Assembly (NCBI GenBank): GCA_051362555.1
Contig: CM120646.1
Span: forward strand, 9,300,001 to 9,364,000
DNA from: Lingula anatina
Taxonomy: Eukaryota > Animalia > Brachiopoda
Direction of reading: 5' to 3'
DNA length: 64,000 nucleotides
Part shown: positions 14,801 to 29,714 of the stretch, piece after piece
Numbering within the stretch: the first letter of the stretch is position 1
Layout: each line of letters opens with the position of its first letter
The notes under the pieces: generated by a model
The model's input: the letters and a program-made list of their open reading frames with translations, nothing else
Told to the model about the DNA's origin: nothing
Databases searched by the model: none
Position numbers and translations under genes: made by a program

Positions 14801-17800
14801 TAGATTTACAGTGCTCAGAATGGTATGCAGACACAAACAGTAACAACACAAACATTCACAGTGATCAAAATGAATATTTACATGAACATTCACAATTATA
14901 ATATGCACTGTAATGAGAATAAACACAAGGAAAAAGAGTAAAGACAGCCCTACACAATCATCACAATATATATAAACACATTCAGCAACAATACAGAATA
15001 GACACAGCCAAAAAAATATGAACAGACACATAGACATACAATGACAACATCAAAATGCAGCGAAATAGTAATGATTACAAACAATATGACAAAAGTGACA
15101 TGCACAGTGCTCACAATAAATACAAACGTCAACAGTAATGACACAAACATACAGATAATTAATACAAACACAAACAATGAAAACATAAACATGCACAGTA
15201 ATTGATATTGATTACAAACAAATAAGACAAACATACTTACACAGTGCTCAGAATCATATGCAGATACAAACATTAACAGCAGAAACATACACAGTGATCA
15301 AAATAAAAATTTACATGTACATTGAAAATTGTAACAAACGTACCCCATAATGACCACAAATACAAGGAAAATGAGTGAAAACATAGCGGTACACATTCTT
15401 CACAATATATACAAACTCATTCAGTAACAATACAGAATGGACACAGCAAATAATATTAACAGACACAAAGACATTCATTGACGACACCATTATTCAGCGC
15501 AATAGTAATGATTACAAACAAATAAAGTGACAAAACTGACATGCACAGTGCTCTCAATAAATACTAACATCATCAGTAATGATGCAAACATTAAGATAAT
15601 AAATACAAACACAAACAATGACAGCATAAACATGCTTAGTAATTGATGATGTTTACAAACAAATAGGACAAACAGTAACAGCACAAACATACACAGTGAT
15701 TAAAATAAATATTTACATGTACATTGACAATTGTAACGTGCCCCGTAATGACAATGAACACAAGGAAAGAAAATGAAAACATAGCCATACACATTCATCA
15801 CAATATATACAAACACATTCAGTAACAATATAGAATGGACACAGCAAACACAATATAAACAGACACATAGAAATACATTGAGAACACCATCATGCAGTGC
15901 AATAGCAATGATTACAAACAAATTAAGTGACAAAACTGACATACACAGTGCTGACAATAAATACAAACTTGAACAGTGACAGCAAAAATATGTACAGTAA
16001 TCAAAAAATCAGTGACACAACCATGCACAGTTACCAGAATGATCACAAATTAATTGGGTGATAACACAGACATACACAGTGATAAAAAAAAAATTACCAT
16101 GTACAGTGACCACAACAGTGTGCACTGTAATGACTTCAAATACAAGGAAATAGAGTGAAAACATAACTGTACACATTCTTCACAATATATACAAACACAT
16201 TCAGTAACAATACAGAATGGACACATCAAAAAATATGAAAAGACACATAGACATACATTGACAACACCATCCCTCAGCTCAATAGTAATGATTACAAACA
16301 AATAGTGACAAAATTGACATATATAGTGCTAACAATAAATACAAACATTAACAGTAATGACAGAAACATACACAGTGATCATATTAAATACAAACACAAA
16401 CAATGACAGCATACACATGCCCAGTAATTGATAATGATTACAAACAAATATGACAAACAGACTTACAAAGTGCTCAGAATCGTATGCAGACACAAACAGC
16501 AAAAATATAAACATACACAGTCATCAAAACAAATATTTACATGTACATAGACAATTGTAACATGCACCTTAATGACAATGAACACAAGGAAAGAAAGTGA
16601 AAACATAGCCGTACACATTCATCACAATATACACAAAAACATTCAGTAACAATATAGAATGGACACAGCAAACAATATAAACAGACACATAGACATACAT
16701 TGACAACACCATCATTCAGCTCAATAGTAATGATAACAAACAAATAGAGTGACAAACTGACATGCACAGTGCTCACAATTAATACAAACATCATCAGTAA
16801 TGATGCAAACATACACAGTGATCATAATAGATATAAACACAAACAATGACACCATAAACATGCACAGTAATTGATAATGATTACAAACCAATGGTACAAA
16901 CAGACTAACACAGTGCTCAGTATCATATGCAGACACAAACAGTAAAAATATAAATATACACAGAGATCAAAATAAATATTTGCATGTACATCGACAATTG
17001 TAACGTGCACTGTAATGAGAATGAACACAAGGAAAAAGAGTAAAAACAGCCCTACACATTCATCACAATATATACAAACACATTCAGTAACATTCCAGAA
17101 TAGACACAGCAAACAATAAATAAACAAAGACATAGACATACAGTGACAACACCCAAAATGCAGCGCAATAGTAATGATTACAAACAAAAGGAGTGACAAA
17201 ACTGACATATACCGTGCTCACAATAAAAACAGCACACCAACAGCAATGATATACACAGTGATCACAATAAATACAAATGTAAAGAGGGACAGCAGAAACA
17301 TGCACAGTAATTGATAATGATTACAAGCAAATAGGACAAACAGACTTACACAGTGCTCAGAATCATATGCAGACACAAACAGTACCAACAAAAACATACA
17401 CAGTGATCATAATAAATATTTACATGAACATTGACAATTGTAACGTGCACTGTAATGACAATGAACACAAGGAAAGAAAGTGAAAACATAGCTGTACACA
17501 TTCATCGCAATATATACAAACACATTCAGTAACAATATAGAATGGACACAGCAAACACAATATAAACAGACACAAAGACATACATTGACAACACTATCAT
17601 TCAGCTCAATAGTAATGATTATAAACAAACAGTGACAAAATTGACATATATAGTGCTCATAATAAATACAAACATTAACAGTAATGACAGAAACATACAC
17701 AGTGATCATAATAAATACAAACACAAATAATGTCAGCATACACATGCACAGTAATTGATAATGATTACAAACAAATCTGACAAACAGACTTACACAGTGC

Positions 17801-20247
17801 TAAGAATCATATGCAGACACAAACAGTAACAACACAAACATACAGAGTGATCAAAATAAATATTTGTATGTATATTGACAATTGTAATGTGCACCTTAAT
17901 GACAAAGAACACAAGGAAAGAAAGTGAAAACATAGTCGTACACATTCATTATAATATATACAAACACATTCAGTAACAAAACAGAATAGACACAGAAAAC
18001 AGAAGATGACCAGACACAAAGACATACATTGACAACACCATCATGGAGTGCAATAGTAATGATTACAAACAAATAAAGTGACAAAACTGACATGCACAGT
18101 GCTCACAATAAATACAAACATCAACAGTAAAGACACAAACATACATAGTGATAATAATAAGTACAATTTAACACATTCAATGACAGTTTAAATATGCACA
18201 GTAATTGATTATGATTACAAACAAATAGGACAAACATACTTACACAGTGCTCAGAATCATATGCAGACACAAACAGTACCAACAAAAACATACACAGTGA
18301 TCAAAATAAATATTTACATGAACATTAACAATTGTAACATGCCCTGTAATGACAATGAACACAAGGAAAGAAAGTGAAAACATAGGTGTACACATTCATC
18401 GCAATATATACAAACACATTCAGTAACAATATAGAATGGACACAGCAAACACAATATAAACAGACACAAATACATACATTGAAAACACCATTATTCAGCA
18501 CAACAGTAATGATTAGAAAGAAATAAAGTGACAAAACTGACATGCACAGTGCTCACAATAAATACAAACATTAACAGTAATGACACAAACATACACAGTG
18601 TTCATAATAAATACAAACACAAACAATGTCAGCATACACATGCACAGTAATTGATAATGATTACAAACAAATCTGACAAACAGACTTACACAGTGCTCAG
18701 AATCGTATGCAGACACAAACAGTACCAACACAAACATACACAATGATCAACATAAATATTTACATGTACATCGACAATTGTAATGTGCACCTTAATGACA
18801 ATGAACACAAGGAAAGAAAGTGAAAACATAGCCATACACATTCATCACAATATATACAAACACATTCAATAACATTCCAAAATAGACACAGCAAACAGAA
18901 TATGAACGGAGACACATAGACATACATTGACAACACCATCATTCAGCGCAATAGTAATGATAACAAACAAATTGAGCGACAAACTGACATACATAGTGCT
19001 GAGAATAAATACATACTCGAACAGTGACAGCACAAACATGCACACTAATCAAAATAAATACAAACAAACACAGTCACAATACAGACTACACAGTGATCAC
19101 AAAATATTTTGACATGCACAGTGACAAAACCATGCACAGTTACCAGAATGATCACAAATAAATTGGGTAATTAAACAGTCATACACAGTAATCAGTGATG
19201 TAGTGAAAACACAGATATACACAGTGATCAAAATAAATATTTACATGTACATTGACAATTGTCACGTGCACCATAATGAGAAAGAACACAAGGAAAGAAA
19301 GTGAAAACATAGTCGTACACGGTCATCACAATATATACAAACACATTAAGTAACATTATAGAATGGACACAGCAAACATAATATGAACGGACACATAGAC
19401 ATACATTGACAACAGCATTATTCAGTGCAATAGTAATGATTACAAACAAATAAAGTGACAAAACTGACATGCACAGTGCTCACAATAAATACTAACATCA
19501 TCAGTAATGATGCAAACATACACAGTGATCATAATAAATACAAACACAAACAATGACACCATAAACATGCACAGTAACTGATAATGATTAAAAAAAATAG
19601 GACAAATAGATTTACACAGTGCTCAGAATCGTATGCAGACACAAACAGTAACAACACAAACATTCACAGTGATCAAAATGAATATTTACATGTACATTCA
19701 CAATTATAATATGCACCGTAATGAGAATAGACACAAGGAAAAAGAGTAAAGACAGCCCTACACAATCATCACAATATATATAAACACATTCAGCAACAAT
19801 ACAGAATAGACACAGCCAAAAAAATATGAACAGACACATAGACATACAGTGACAACATCAAAATGCAGCGAAATAGTAATGATTACAAACAAATAATGTG
19901 ACAAAAGTGATATGCACAGTGCTCACAATGAATACAAACGTCAACAGTAATGACACAAATATACACAGTGATGATAATAAATACAAACACAAACAATGAC
20001 AGCACAAACATGCACAGTAATTTATAATGATTACAAACAAATAGGACAAACAGACTTACACAGTGTCCAGTATCGTATGCAGACACAAACAGTAAAAATA
20101 TAATCATACACAGAGATCAAAATAAATATTTACTTGTACATTAACAATTGTAACGTGCACCTTAATGACAATGAACACAATGAAAGAAAGTGAAAGCATA
20201 GCTGAACACATTCATCACAATATATACAAACACATTCAGTAACAATA

Positions 20248-20699
20248 ATCCTGCATAGGCAATGCATCAGCCTCGCCTTCACAATGAAACAAGCTGAATT
20301 GGATACAATACTTTAGCTTATACTGAATCACTGCTTAGGGTAACCAGTGTTATTGAATATTCGACAAAGTGGGGGCCTCTTTGCAACCCCACAAATGAAA
20401 TTTGTGCAAAATTGTTGGTCAATAATTACTTTTACTGACTCGTCGCATCATAATTTTTAGGATGATGAGTCTTATTGAATATTTGATATATAATTTTTAT
20501 CCCTAAGGCCATAACATTTAATACAGGCAACAATTTGCTACATTGTTATTATTGTTAAAACGATTAGGATAGAGGGGTTATATAATAAAAGCGGCCTTGT
20601 TTGGCCAAATAACGAACAATCAATATTCCTTGTTGCCTTCTTTCTTGCTATGAATGAGACTATAAAAGTTTGTGGTACACTGAGATGGAGGAGACATAA
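20248..20699. other. Non-satellite ~452-bp insert in the array (copy 2)
   Basis: Same sequence and flanks as 5433-5884 at offset 14815, with about 4 substitutions seen by eye. Confidence 0.85.
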
Positions 20700-23600
20700 A
20701 CAAACACATTCAGTAACAATATAGAATGGACACAGCAAACACAATATAAACAGACACAAATACATACATTGAAAACACCATTATTCAGCACAACAGTAAT
20801 GATTAGAAAGAAATAAAGTGACAAAACTGACATGCACAGTGCTCACAATAAATACAAACGTCAATAGTAATGACACAAACATACACAGTGATCATAATAA
20901 ATACAAACACAAACAGTGACAGCATAAACATACACAGTAATTGATAATGATTACAAACAAATAGGACAAACATTCTTACACAGTGCTCAGAATCATATGC
21001 AGAAACAAACAGTACCAACACAAACATACACAGTGATCAAAATAAATATTTACATGAACATTGACAATTGTAACGTGCCTCGAAATAAAGTGAAAACATA
21101 GTCGTACACATTCATCACAATATATACAAACACATTTAGTAACAATGTAGAATGGACACAGCAAACACAATATAAACAGACGCAAAGACAACATTGACAA
21201 CACTATCATTCAGCTCAATAGTAATGATTATAAACAAACAGTGACAAAATTGACATATATAGTGCTCATAATAAATACAAACATTAACAGTAATGACACA
21301 AACATACACAGTGATCATAATAAATACAAACACAAACAATGTCAGCATACACATGCACAGTAATTGATAATGATTACAAACAAATCTGACAAACAGACTT
21401 ACACAGTGCTGAGAATCATATGCAGACACAAACAGTAACAACACAAACATACAGAGTGATCAAAATAAATATTTGTATGTATATTGACAATTGTAATGTG
21501 CACCTTAATGACAAAGAACACAAGGAAAGAAAGTGAAAACATAGTCGTACACATTCATTATAATATATACAAACACATTCAGTAACAAAACAGAATAGAC
21601 ACAGAAAACAGAAGATGACCAGACACAAAGACATACATTGACAACACCATCATGCAGTGCAATAGTAATGATTACAAACAAATAAAGTGACAAAACTGAC
21701 ATGCACAGTGCTCACAATAAATACAAACATCAACAGTAAAGACACAAACATACATAGTGATAATGATAAATACAATTTAACACATTCAATGACAGTTTAA
21801 TTATGCACAGTAATTGATAATGATTACAAACAAATAGGACAAACATACTTACACAGTGCTCAGAACCATATGCAGACACAAACAGTAACAACACAAACAT
21901 ACACAGTGATCAAAATAAATATTTACATGAACATTGACAATATTTACATGAACATTGACAATTGTAACGTGCAATGTAATGACAATGAACACAAGGAAAG
22001 AAAGTGAAAACATAGCTGTACACATTCATCGCAATATATACAAACACATTCAGTAACAATACAGAATGGACACAGCAAACACAATATAAACAGACACATA
22101 GACATATATTGACAACACCATCATGCAGCGCAATAGTAATGATAATAAACAAATAGAGTGACAAAACTGACATAAACAGTGCTGACAATAAATACAAACT
22201 CGAACAGTGGAAACACAAACATGCACAGTAATCAAAATTAATACAAACAAACACAGTCACAATACAGACTACACAGTGATCACAAAAAAATTTGATATGT
22301 ACAGTGACACAGCCATGCACAGTTACCAGAATGAACACAAGAAAAAAGATTGAAGAAGCCCTACACAGCCAATACAATATATATAAACACATTCAGTAAC
22401 AATAGCGAATAGACACAGCAAACAGAATGTGAACAGACACATAGATATAGAGTGACAACATAAAAATGCAGCGCAATAGTAATGATAACAACCAAATAGA
22501 GTGACAAAACTGATATACACACTGCTCACAATAAATACAAACACCAACAGTAATGACAGAAACATATACAGTGATCAAAATATATTACATGTCCACTGAC
22601 AACAATAATGTGTACCAGAATGACAACAAATACAAGGAAAAACGATGAAAACATAGGCGTACACATTCCTCACAATATATACAAACAAATTCAGAAAAAA
22701 TACAGAATAGACAAGGCAAATAATATAAACAGACACACAGACCTATATTTACCACACAATTATTCAGCACAATAGTAATGATTACAAACAAATAAAGTGA
22801 CAATACTGACATGCACAGTGCTCACAATAAATACAAACATCAACATTAATGACACAAACATACACAGTGATCATAATAAATACAAACACAAACATTGACA
22901 GCATAAACATGCACAGTAATTGATAATGATTACAAACAAATAGGACAAAAAGACTTACACAGTGCACAGAATCATATGCAGATACAAACAGTAACAACAC
23001 AAACATACACAGTGATCAAAATAAATATTTACATGTACATTGACAATTGTAACGAACGTACCCCGTAATGACAATGAACACAAGGAAAAAAGAGAAAACA
23101 TAGCCGTACTCATTCATCACAATATACACAACAACTTTCAGTAACAATACAGAATGGACACAGCAAACACAATATAAACAGACATAGACATAGACATACA
23201 TTGACAACACCATCATTCAGCGCAATAGTAATGATAAGAAACAAATAGAACAAACAGACTTACACAGTGCTAAGAATCATATGAAGACACAAACAGTTAC
23301 AACACAAACATACACAGTGATCATAATAAATACAAATTAACACATTCAATAATAACATAAACATGCACAGTAATTGATAATGATTACAAACAAATAGGAC
23401 AAACAGCCCTACACAGTCATCACAATATATATAAATACATTCAGTAACAATACAGAATGACACAGCAAACAGAAAATAAACAAAGACATAGACATACATT
23501 GACAACACCATCATGCAGCGCAGTAGCAATGATTACAAACAAATTAAGTGACAAAACTGACGTACACAGTGCTGACAATAAATACAAACATAAACAGGGA

Positions 23601-24026
23601 CAGCAGAAACATGTGCAGTGATAACAGGAAAAAGAGAAAACATAGCCATACCCAGTCATCACAATATATAAAAACACATTCAGTAACAATACAGAATAGA
23701 CACAACAGAAACATGCACAGTGATGGAAATAAATACAAACACACACAGTCACAATACAGACATACACAGAGATGAGAATAAATTATGACATGTACGTTGA
23801 CAACACAACCATGCACAATAACTAGATTGAATACAAATAATTGGTTGATTACACAGTCATACACAGTGATCACAATATGTACAAACACATACAATGACAA
23901 TACAGAATGGAAACAGCAATCAGAGTACAAACAGACACAAACTATGCTTATAGCAACAACACCAACATGCACAGTTACAGTAATGATTACAAACAGCGTA
24001 ACAAGACATGCACTGTAATGAAAGGG

Positions 24027-24265
24027 ATCATTCCCAGACCCTTTAATACCAACTGTGGATCGATCTATCTCACAAGAGATTCTTGCTAAATTGTATATAA
24101 CTTAGGCCGCATCTACTGAAGCTGCTTGGGGGTATCTCATTATTGTTTAGTAGCTTCAGTTGGCATGCCAGACATCTAAGATGCTTAAGCTGAAAGCAAG
24201 ATAGGGAGAAACCCCTCTGGGATGGATCGATCCTGTTAGATCAATCTAGGTATGGGAACCCAGTC
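24027..24265. mobile_element. Palindromic MITE-like element at the satellite border
   Basis: Nested inverted pairs: ttcccagacc/ggtatgggaa, ggatcgatctatc/gatggatcgatcc, ctactgaagctgct/agtagcttcagttg. Confidence 0.6.
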
Positions 24266-27200
24266 AAGAAGAATACAAACAGAGTCACAGTGATCAGAAT
24301 ATATATGCAAACACACTCTGTATGTGTTTGTTTATATTCTTATTACTGTGTACACCCATGTTACCACTTTATATGTCTTAATATATTTTACTTACTCTGT
24401 GTTTATATTTAGAACACATAATTATATACTTGTCTTTATGAATGTGACGTAAAGCTGGATGGTAAATGAATAAATGTGTTGGTTTGTGTACTGCATTGTA
24501 CCACATGGCACTTCAAGGCACTTGCTCTGATGCCATTGCTCTTAGTTCTTCAGATTTGTAGATATGAGACCGATGAAGCACTTGTGTTAGATTTACTGCT
24601 TTACTATAAATAAACCATTACATATCCAGGTGGTCATGAGAATTTGGAAAAACAAGCTAGAGCCTTGACCAATTAACCAGACGAAAAAAATGTTATTTAA
24701 TATTTTTAAGGGAAATCTCAAAACATATTACTTTTCCATAATGTCTCAGCAGTTGTATTTCTCTTGGCTCTCAGTTAATGCAACTGCTCATAATGCAGTG
24801 ACAATTGCTACAAGTGATTAAATGCCAGCTAAAGAATTTAATAGGCAAGCATATGACTTTGACTAGTTTTTAATCCCTCAGGTGAGAAAAGTGAGGGCAC
24901 TCGGTTGTTGTTGAGAGTTTGGGAATGCATATTACAATGACAGCTTAATCTTAGTGTGTATAATTAAAAATGGATGGTCCTTTAAAATCAAATTGCAGCC
25001 CATTTTTTATATAGAAATATTTTCCAAAATCACAATGACCGACTTGTTTGCATCACGTCTCTCATTCATTCTCTCTTTGTTATCTCATAAAAATTTAAGA
25101 AGACATTTGCAAGATCTCCTCCTCTTCTGTCTTTTCTAAATCCATTAAAATTTATATGAATCGTGATGACCTTTTTTTTAATAATATTTAATTCCTTGAT
25201 AATTTTCTCCTGTCCCCCTTAAACAAAGTGGCCCGAGCAGTGCTTCTCCAGCCTCAGGGAGAGAGGGGAACAGTGGGATCTCTAAGTCAAGATCACTTTT
25301 TTTTCAGGTTTGCAAAATAGTCTAATTTTATTATATAATTTAAAACCTAAATGTCAATGTCTTCCAAGACAAAATCAAAGTTGCAACACTGCTATTATCC
25401 ACAACACTGCTGTCCCATTTGTTTTCTTTACTTTGACCATTCAAACCATTACCTCAGATTCCCAAGTATCAGATTGTATTCCATGTGACTTGTAAAGAAT
25501 TTTCAATTGGTTATACACGGTATTTTGGAAAATCAATTGCAAATGCATAATCAAAATTCACAATCAAAAATCAGCAAAATCACAATAGTATTAAATTTCT
25601 TTTATTCTCAAGCTTCACAATTTTTTTTCGTAATCGCCAATAGTTTCACAAAAGTTATCATGTGTAGGTGCGCAACACAAATGTACTCCCTCATTTTCTA
25701 ATTTATATTTGTTACATTTTAACTGTATATGAACAACAGAAGCTGCATATGTAAGCCTTTCAAAATTTTTATTCTTTTATTCAGTACGCATATTTTGTTT
25801 GTTGTCAAGTTTCTAAATATACTGAGCTTTGTCAATGTGATCAATGGAACAGCTATTTTACTCTTTTCACCAAAAATACAGACAAAACTGGCATTATTAT
25901 TATTACTACCATAACATTACACTGGCTTTCCATAGTTTTCAGTGAGAAGTTTTTGGTTGGTATTTTTTAATGTCACATTACAGGAATATATATAAATATC
26001 ATTAAATAGTCTGGTAACAATCTTTTGTTCACAATTTTATGGCAATAGCTGTACATAACATTAAGTTGCACATGCTGTAAAGGAGATACACCTCCCTCCT
26101 GAGTTTAACCAGCGTAGCACCATTCATATTGTGCTGTACGCTAAAAAATTGCCAAAGATAAAGCTGTATATATGTGCTTTAAGAGACGGAAAGGAAATAA
26201 GACACAGATATAATGCACTCAGCCTCCATTTAGCTGACTTAACATAGTTGTCAATTTCTCAAAACATACTGGTACAGCTGTGTGACTAAGACATAATCGA
26301 TGTAAAAAAGCCCATAAAAATGTCATAATTTAAGTCCATGAACAAAATATGAATCTCCACATTTTACTTTCTACATACACATATCAGTTACACCTGTTGC
26401 CTCTATTTTTATTTCAGAGATATTCAACAACATTTACTGGAAATATATTATCTGACTTTTTCACTTTAATGATATTACAACACAAAGCTCTGGAACTTAG
26501 AATTAAAGACAAATGGCACCAAATACCACTTCTCTAGAACTTATTGCTGTTACTGTAATATTTCAGTTTTTTCCTCAAAACATACAAGAAACAAGATTTC
26601 ATGGCTAATAGTGATAATAATAACACAATTGCCACAAAAAATAAGTGGTTGGTTCTCCTCCCCTGTAGTAAGAACACACCTACAGACAGCCATGTCAGGG
26701 TGCCACACATCCAATGGATCTCTAGCTTAGACAGTTGGGGTACAACAAAAATGAAGTTAAAAAATAATTATTTTCCTAAACATGATAACATTATGCATAA
26801 CAAAGCTGATCAAAAGAGACTATCCTGAAAGACTGAATGAAGGGGTGTAGATATATTTTTTTCACATTTAACTTACACTGTCAGCAGTGAAATAACAATG
26901 ATTCTAAGAGCAATGTAATAGCTTAAGGGAGACAGAGACTAAGCCCTGATATCACTGTCACCATCAGTCTACTTAAATATCCTATGAACCTAATATATAT
27001 ATAGATTTAATGCACCCCCCAATGTAACAGCTGCCTATCTAGCCAATATTTTGAAAAAGAAACAAAATTGCCTTGGACCTCATATTACTGCCTATGTCAC
27101 AACCCAGCCACCACTAACAATACCACAAATTACAAACTTCATCTTTGAATTCAAACTGATTGATAAATTGCATAAAAACAGCAATTATAACATCTAATCT

Positions 27201-27431
27201 GCAATGTGTGTTTTTTTGTTTCAAGAATTTAAATTTTGTTATTTGTGTATGTTTGAAAACTGCATATTTATTGCATATTCATATTAATATATATTTAATC
27301 TGTTTCCACCAACTAAGAAATAACATAATCTTCAAAATTCATATTGGAGAGCATTTTTGTTGAGAAGGAATAAATGGAATGCAGACAGCACCTCCCTCAA
27401 TTGCAGCAGCTGAACTAGTAATAGACTAGTA

Positions 27432-27463
27432 TCATAGCTCATCTCTTGGTTGTGTACTGGTTT
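27432..27463 (-). CDS. UGGT1: UGGT last coding exon (ETSTQPRDEL*), ER-retention signal
   Basis: tttccag acceptor; phase 1 matches the previous exon; ends RDEL-TGA. Confidence 0.88.
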
Positions 27464-28159
27464 CTGGAAAGACAACAAAAAGCTAAGCAACTTGTAGTAA
27501 ACTTACTGAATATTAACTATACCACTTGGAATGACACAATTACATAATACTTATGACTTTATTTTGCAATTTTTATATGCATTTTGTGGACAATTGATAA
27601 AATTAAATGTGCATGGGACAAAATATGTATAAAGTATAGCCGTTCCATGTTTCCTCTATTTGAGATAAAAGTCAACCAGGTTTGAAAATGTTATTGATTT
27701 TAAGCTGATAGCATGTCTGGAGGCTTTAGGATATTAGTGGAGTATTGACAGGACAATAAAATATAATAGCAAATGATTGGAATTATGTCTGTTTTATAAT
27801 GAATGAATACGGTAGTGTGCCAACAGTTCCAATGAGATGTCTTAAAAAAAATCACTTTGATTGAATAAATTGAAATACAGCAATAAAAATTTTGATAAAA
27901 TATGGATTGCTCAGGCCATCCAGCTCACTGAAAATATTGCACTTTACCTGAAGTGCTGCTCACTTACACTTCTTATCTAGTTTAACAGACTTGAAAGCTA
28001 TAGTTTTTACTAATACACTACACTGTTTTTCATCAATGAATGACAGTAAAAAGCCTCTGTACATTTCAACTTATTTTTACACTTAACCACTTTTTGAGGT
28101 GCATAAGCTGCTTTATTGAGGGATTCAAGCAAGACGTCAGAATTCAAAATCTCACTGAC

Positions 28160-28319
28160 CTTGTGCTTCAATGTGGTCAGCACTTAGTGAACCTAGTGTG
28201 GGTTTATTGCTGGTAAAGTGTTCAAATATCCTCCTTTCTTCATTGTCATATTCCTCCCACTCAGCTACTTTTCTCTTAGCTGCATTGAGCTTAGGTTCTT
28301 TGGTCTGCAGGTTATTACA
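28160..28319 (-). CDS. UGGT1: UGGT penultimate exon (CNNLQTKEPKLNAAKRKVAEWEEYDNEERRIF...HIEAQ)
   Basis: CNN.QTKEPKL..A.R...EW..YD.E motif; ccag acceptor and gtcagt donor. Confidence 0.95.
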
Positions 28320-28736
28320 CTGGAGAAAACAATAGGTGAAATATAGCCCCCAGTCAAATCACTCTTAATCCACAATGCCAGTCTTGATAGCTTTCATAAA
28401 ACAAGTTGCATTTCTTACAAAATAAAATAAAAATGAAATAGTGACTTCATTTTAAGCATCAGGTTTCAGAAGTTAAATATGCTCCAGAGCTCTGCATTAA
28501 ATTGAAACATTCAAGTAGTCTCAACCTCATAAACAAACTTATCAGAAGTTAACTACAGCCTTTAAAATGAGATTTTGTAACTATTAAGTAAATAAATTGC
28601 CACTTGTAGGAACAACAATGCAGTTTTACTAAAACAAACACTGAACTCTTTAACTAAAATTTTGTAAAACTATTGTGCACCATTTTATAAAATATATTCT
28701 GTAACTCATTAGTTATTAATAATTCTTTAAGCTTAC

Positions 28737-28853
28737 CAAATCAATAGTTTTGGCTTTTGACTTCTCGTCATCACTGCACCAAGTCTCACACCACATCCAC
28801 TCCTGAGGCAGCGACTTGATGTTCACCTGATGGATCATGTTGTTGGGAAGATC
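28737..28853 (-). CDS. UGGT1: UGGT exon, C-terminal GT24 segment ([39 protein letters not shown])
   Basis: Diagnostic UGGT C-terminal motif; ttcag acceptor and gtaagc donor; 117 nt. Confidence 0.97.
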
Positions 28854-29375
28854 CTGAAGGAAAGAGAGGCTTTTGAACGACAATCCCTCATGTGAGTTGA
28901 GGTATCTTTACTTTAATGTGCTAGATATAATGTTGTAGCATTTAATTGAATCTTTATAGTAGATACATTTTGAGAAATTAAAAAAAAAAGTTTAAGGGGG
29001 TTAACTCCCAAGATGGAAGTACATTGAGTATAATTCTGACTTTCTTTATCCTCAATGTACCCATAAATATTTCCTCAGTACTGAGCTTACTTATGCACTG
29101 ATTTGGTGAACATCTTGAAGCAAGTTAAAACCTTTGCATCTCTGCTGTATTTCAGGGGAACATTTGGGACGAAAGAATACCAAGATATGTAGTTATTAGA
29201 TGCACAAATTATTTTAAGTGTTCTGTGTGTAAAAGAGACAAAATACCAGAATTATCAATGTACCTCGTTCTTTGGAGTTCAACCCCCTTGTGTTAGGTAC
29301 TGAAGTTTTAATTGTTCATATATTCTGCTAACTACATATCCAGTGGTACCTAAGGAGACTCATGTCACTGTGGAG

Positions 29376-29504
29376 TTCCACTCACAGCCCTCAGTGACAT
29401 ACAGTAGGTAACTACAATTCACCATGAAATTCCACTCACAGCCATCAGTGACATACAGTAGGTATCTACAAATCACCATGAAATTCCACTCACAGCCATC
29501 AGTG
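29376..29504. repeat. ~54-bp tandem repeat, ~2.4 copies
   Basis: ttccactcacagccatcagtgacatacagtaggta..ctacaa..caccatgaaa is repeated. Confidence 0.85.
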
Positions 29505-29546
29505 GACAGTGGTGCCTAAACATTCCAAAATCTATACATACTTTAC

Positions 29547-29714
29547 CAGGGGCGGATTTAAGCCGTCTTCTGAGTCTTCCAGAAGACGGTCAGATTTTCA
29601 AGTTTACATTAAAAGGTATTTTATTTTTTCTGTTGGAAGAAGGTCAAAATTGGAGGATATATCAATAAACATAATTTGGAAGACTGTCAGAAAATAGCTC
29701 TGAATCCGCCCCTG
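29547..29714. mobile_element. 168-bp hAT-like MITE with CAGGGGCGGATT TIRs and 5-bp TSD (tttac)
   Basis: Perfect 12-bp TIR; tttac at 29542-29546 and 29715-29719. Confidence 0.85.

Larger units (their letters stand above)
1..24020. repeat. Complex satellite array, ~445-bp monomer made of ~9 x ~49-bp degenerate subunits; A/C-rich on + strand; runs off the left edge of the window
   Basis: The marker aacagacttacacagtgctcagaatcrtatgcagacacaaacagta recurs at ~2088, 2528, 2972, 3421, 3868 and onward. Near-identical spurious ORFs recur at fixed offsets (2709, 8712, 14811-14815). Monomers decay from ~23200 to 24020. Confidence 0.97.

Noticed and set aside
1-24020. CRISPR-like repeat-spacer array
   Set aside because: The sequences between repeated words are themselves repeated rather than unique spacers, there are no cas genes, and the context is eukaryotic.
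26-24089. Numerous Cys/Val/Phe-rich (minus) and Thr/Asn/Lys-rich (plus) ORFs
   Set aside because: They are by-products of the TG/CA-skewed satellite: overlapping in several frames, short, with no conserved frame between monomers.
24400-27431. UGGT 3' UTR end / polyA site and short ORFs
   Set aside because: Several AATAAA candidates exist on the minus strand and none can be chosen from sequence alone; the ORFs have no recognisable homology.
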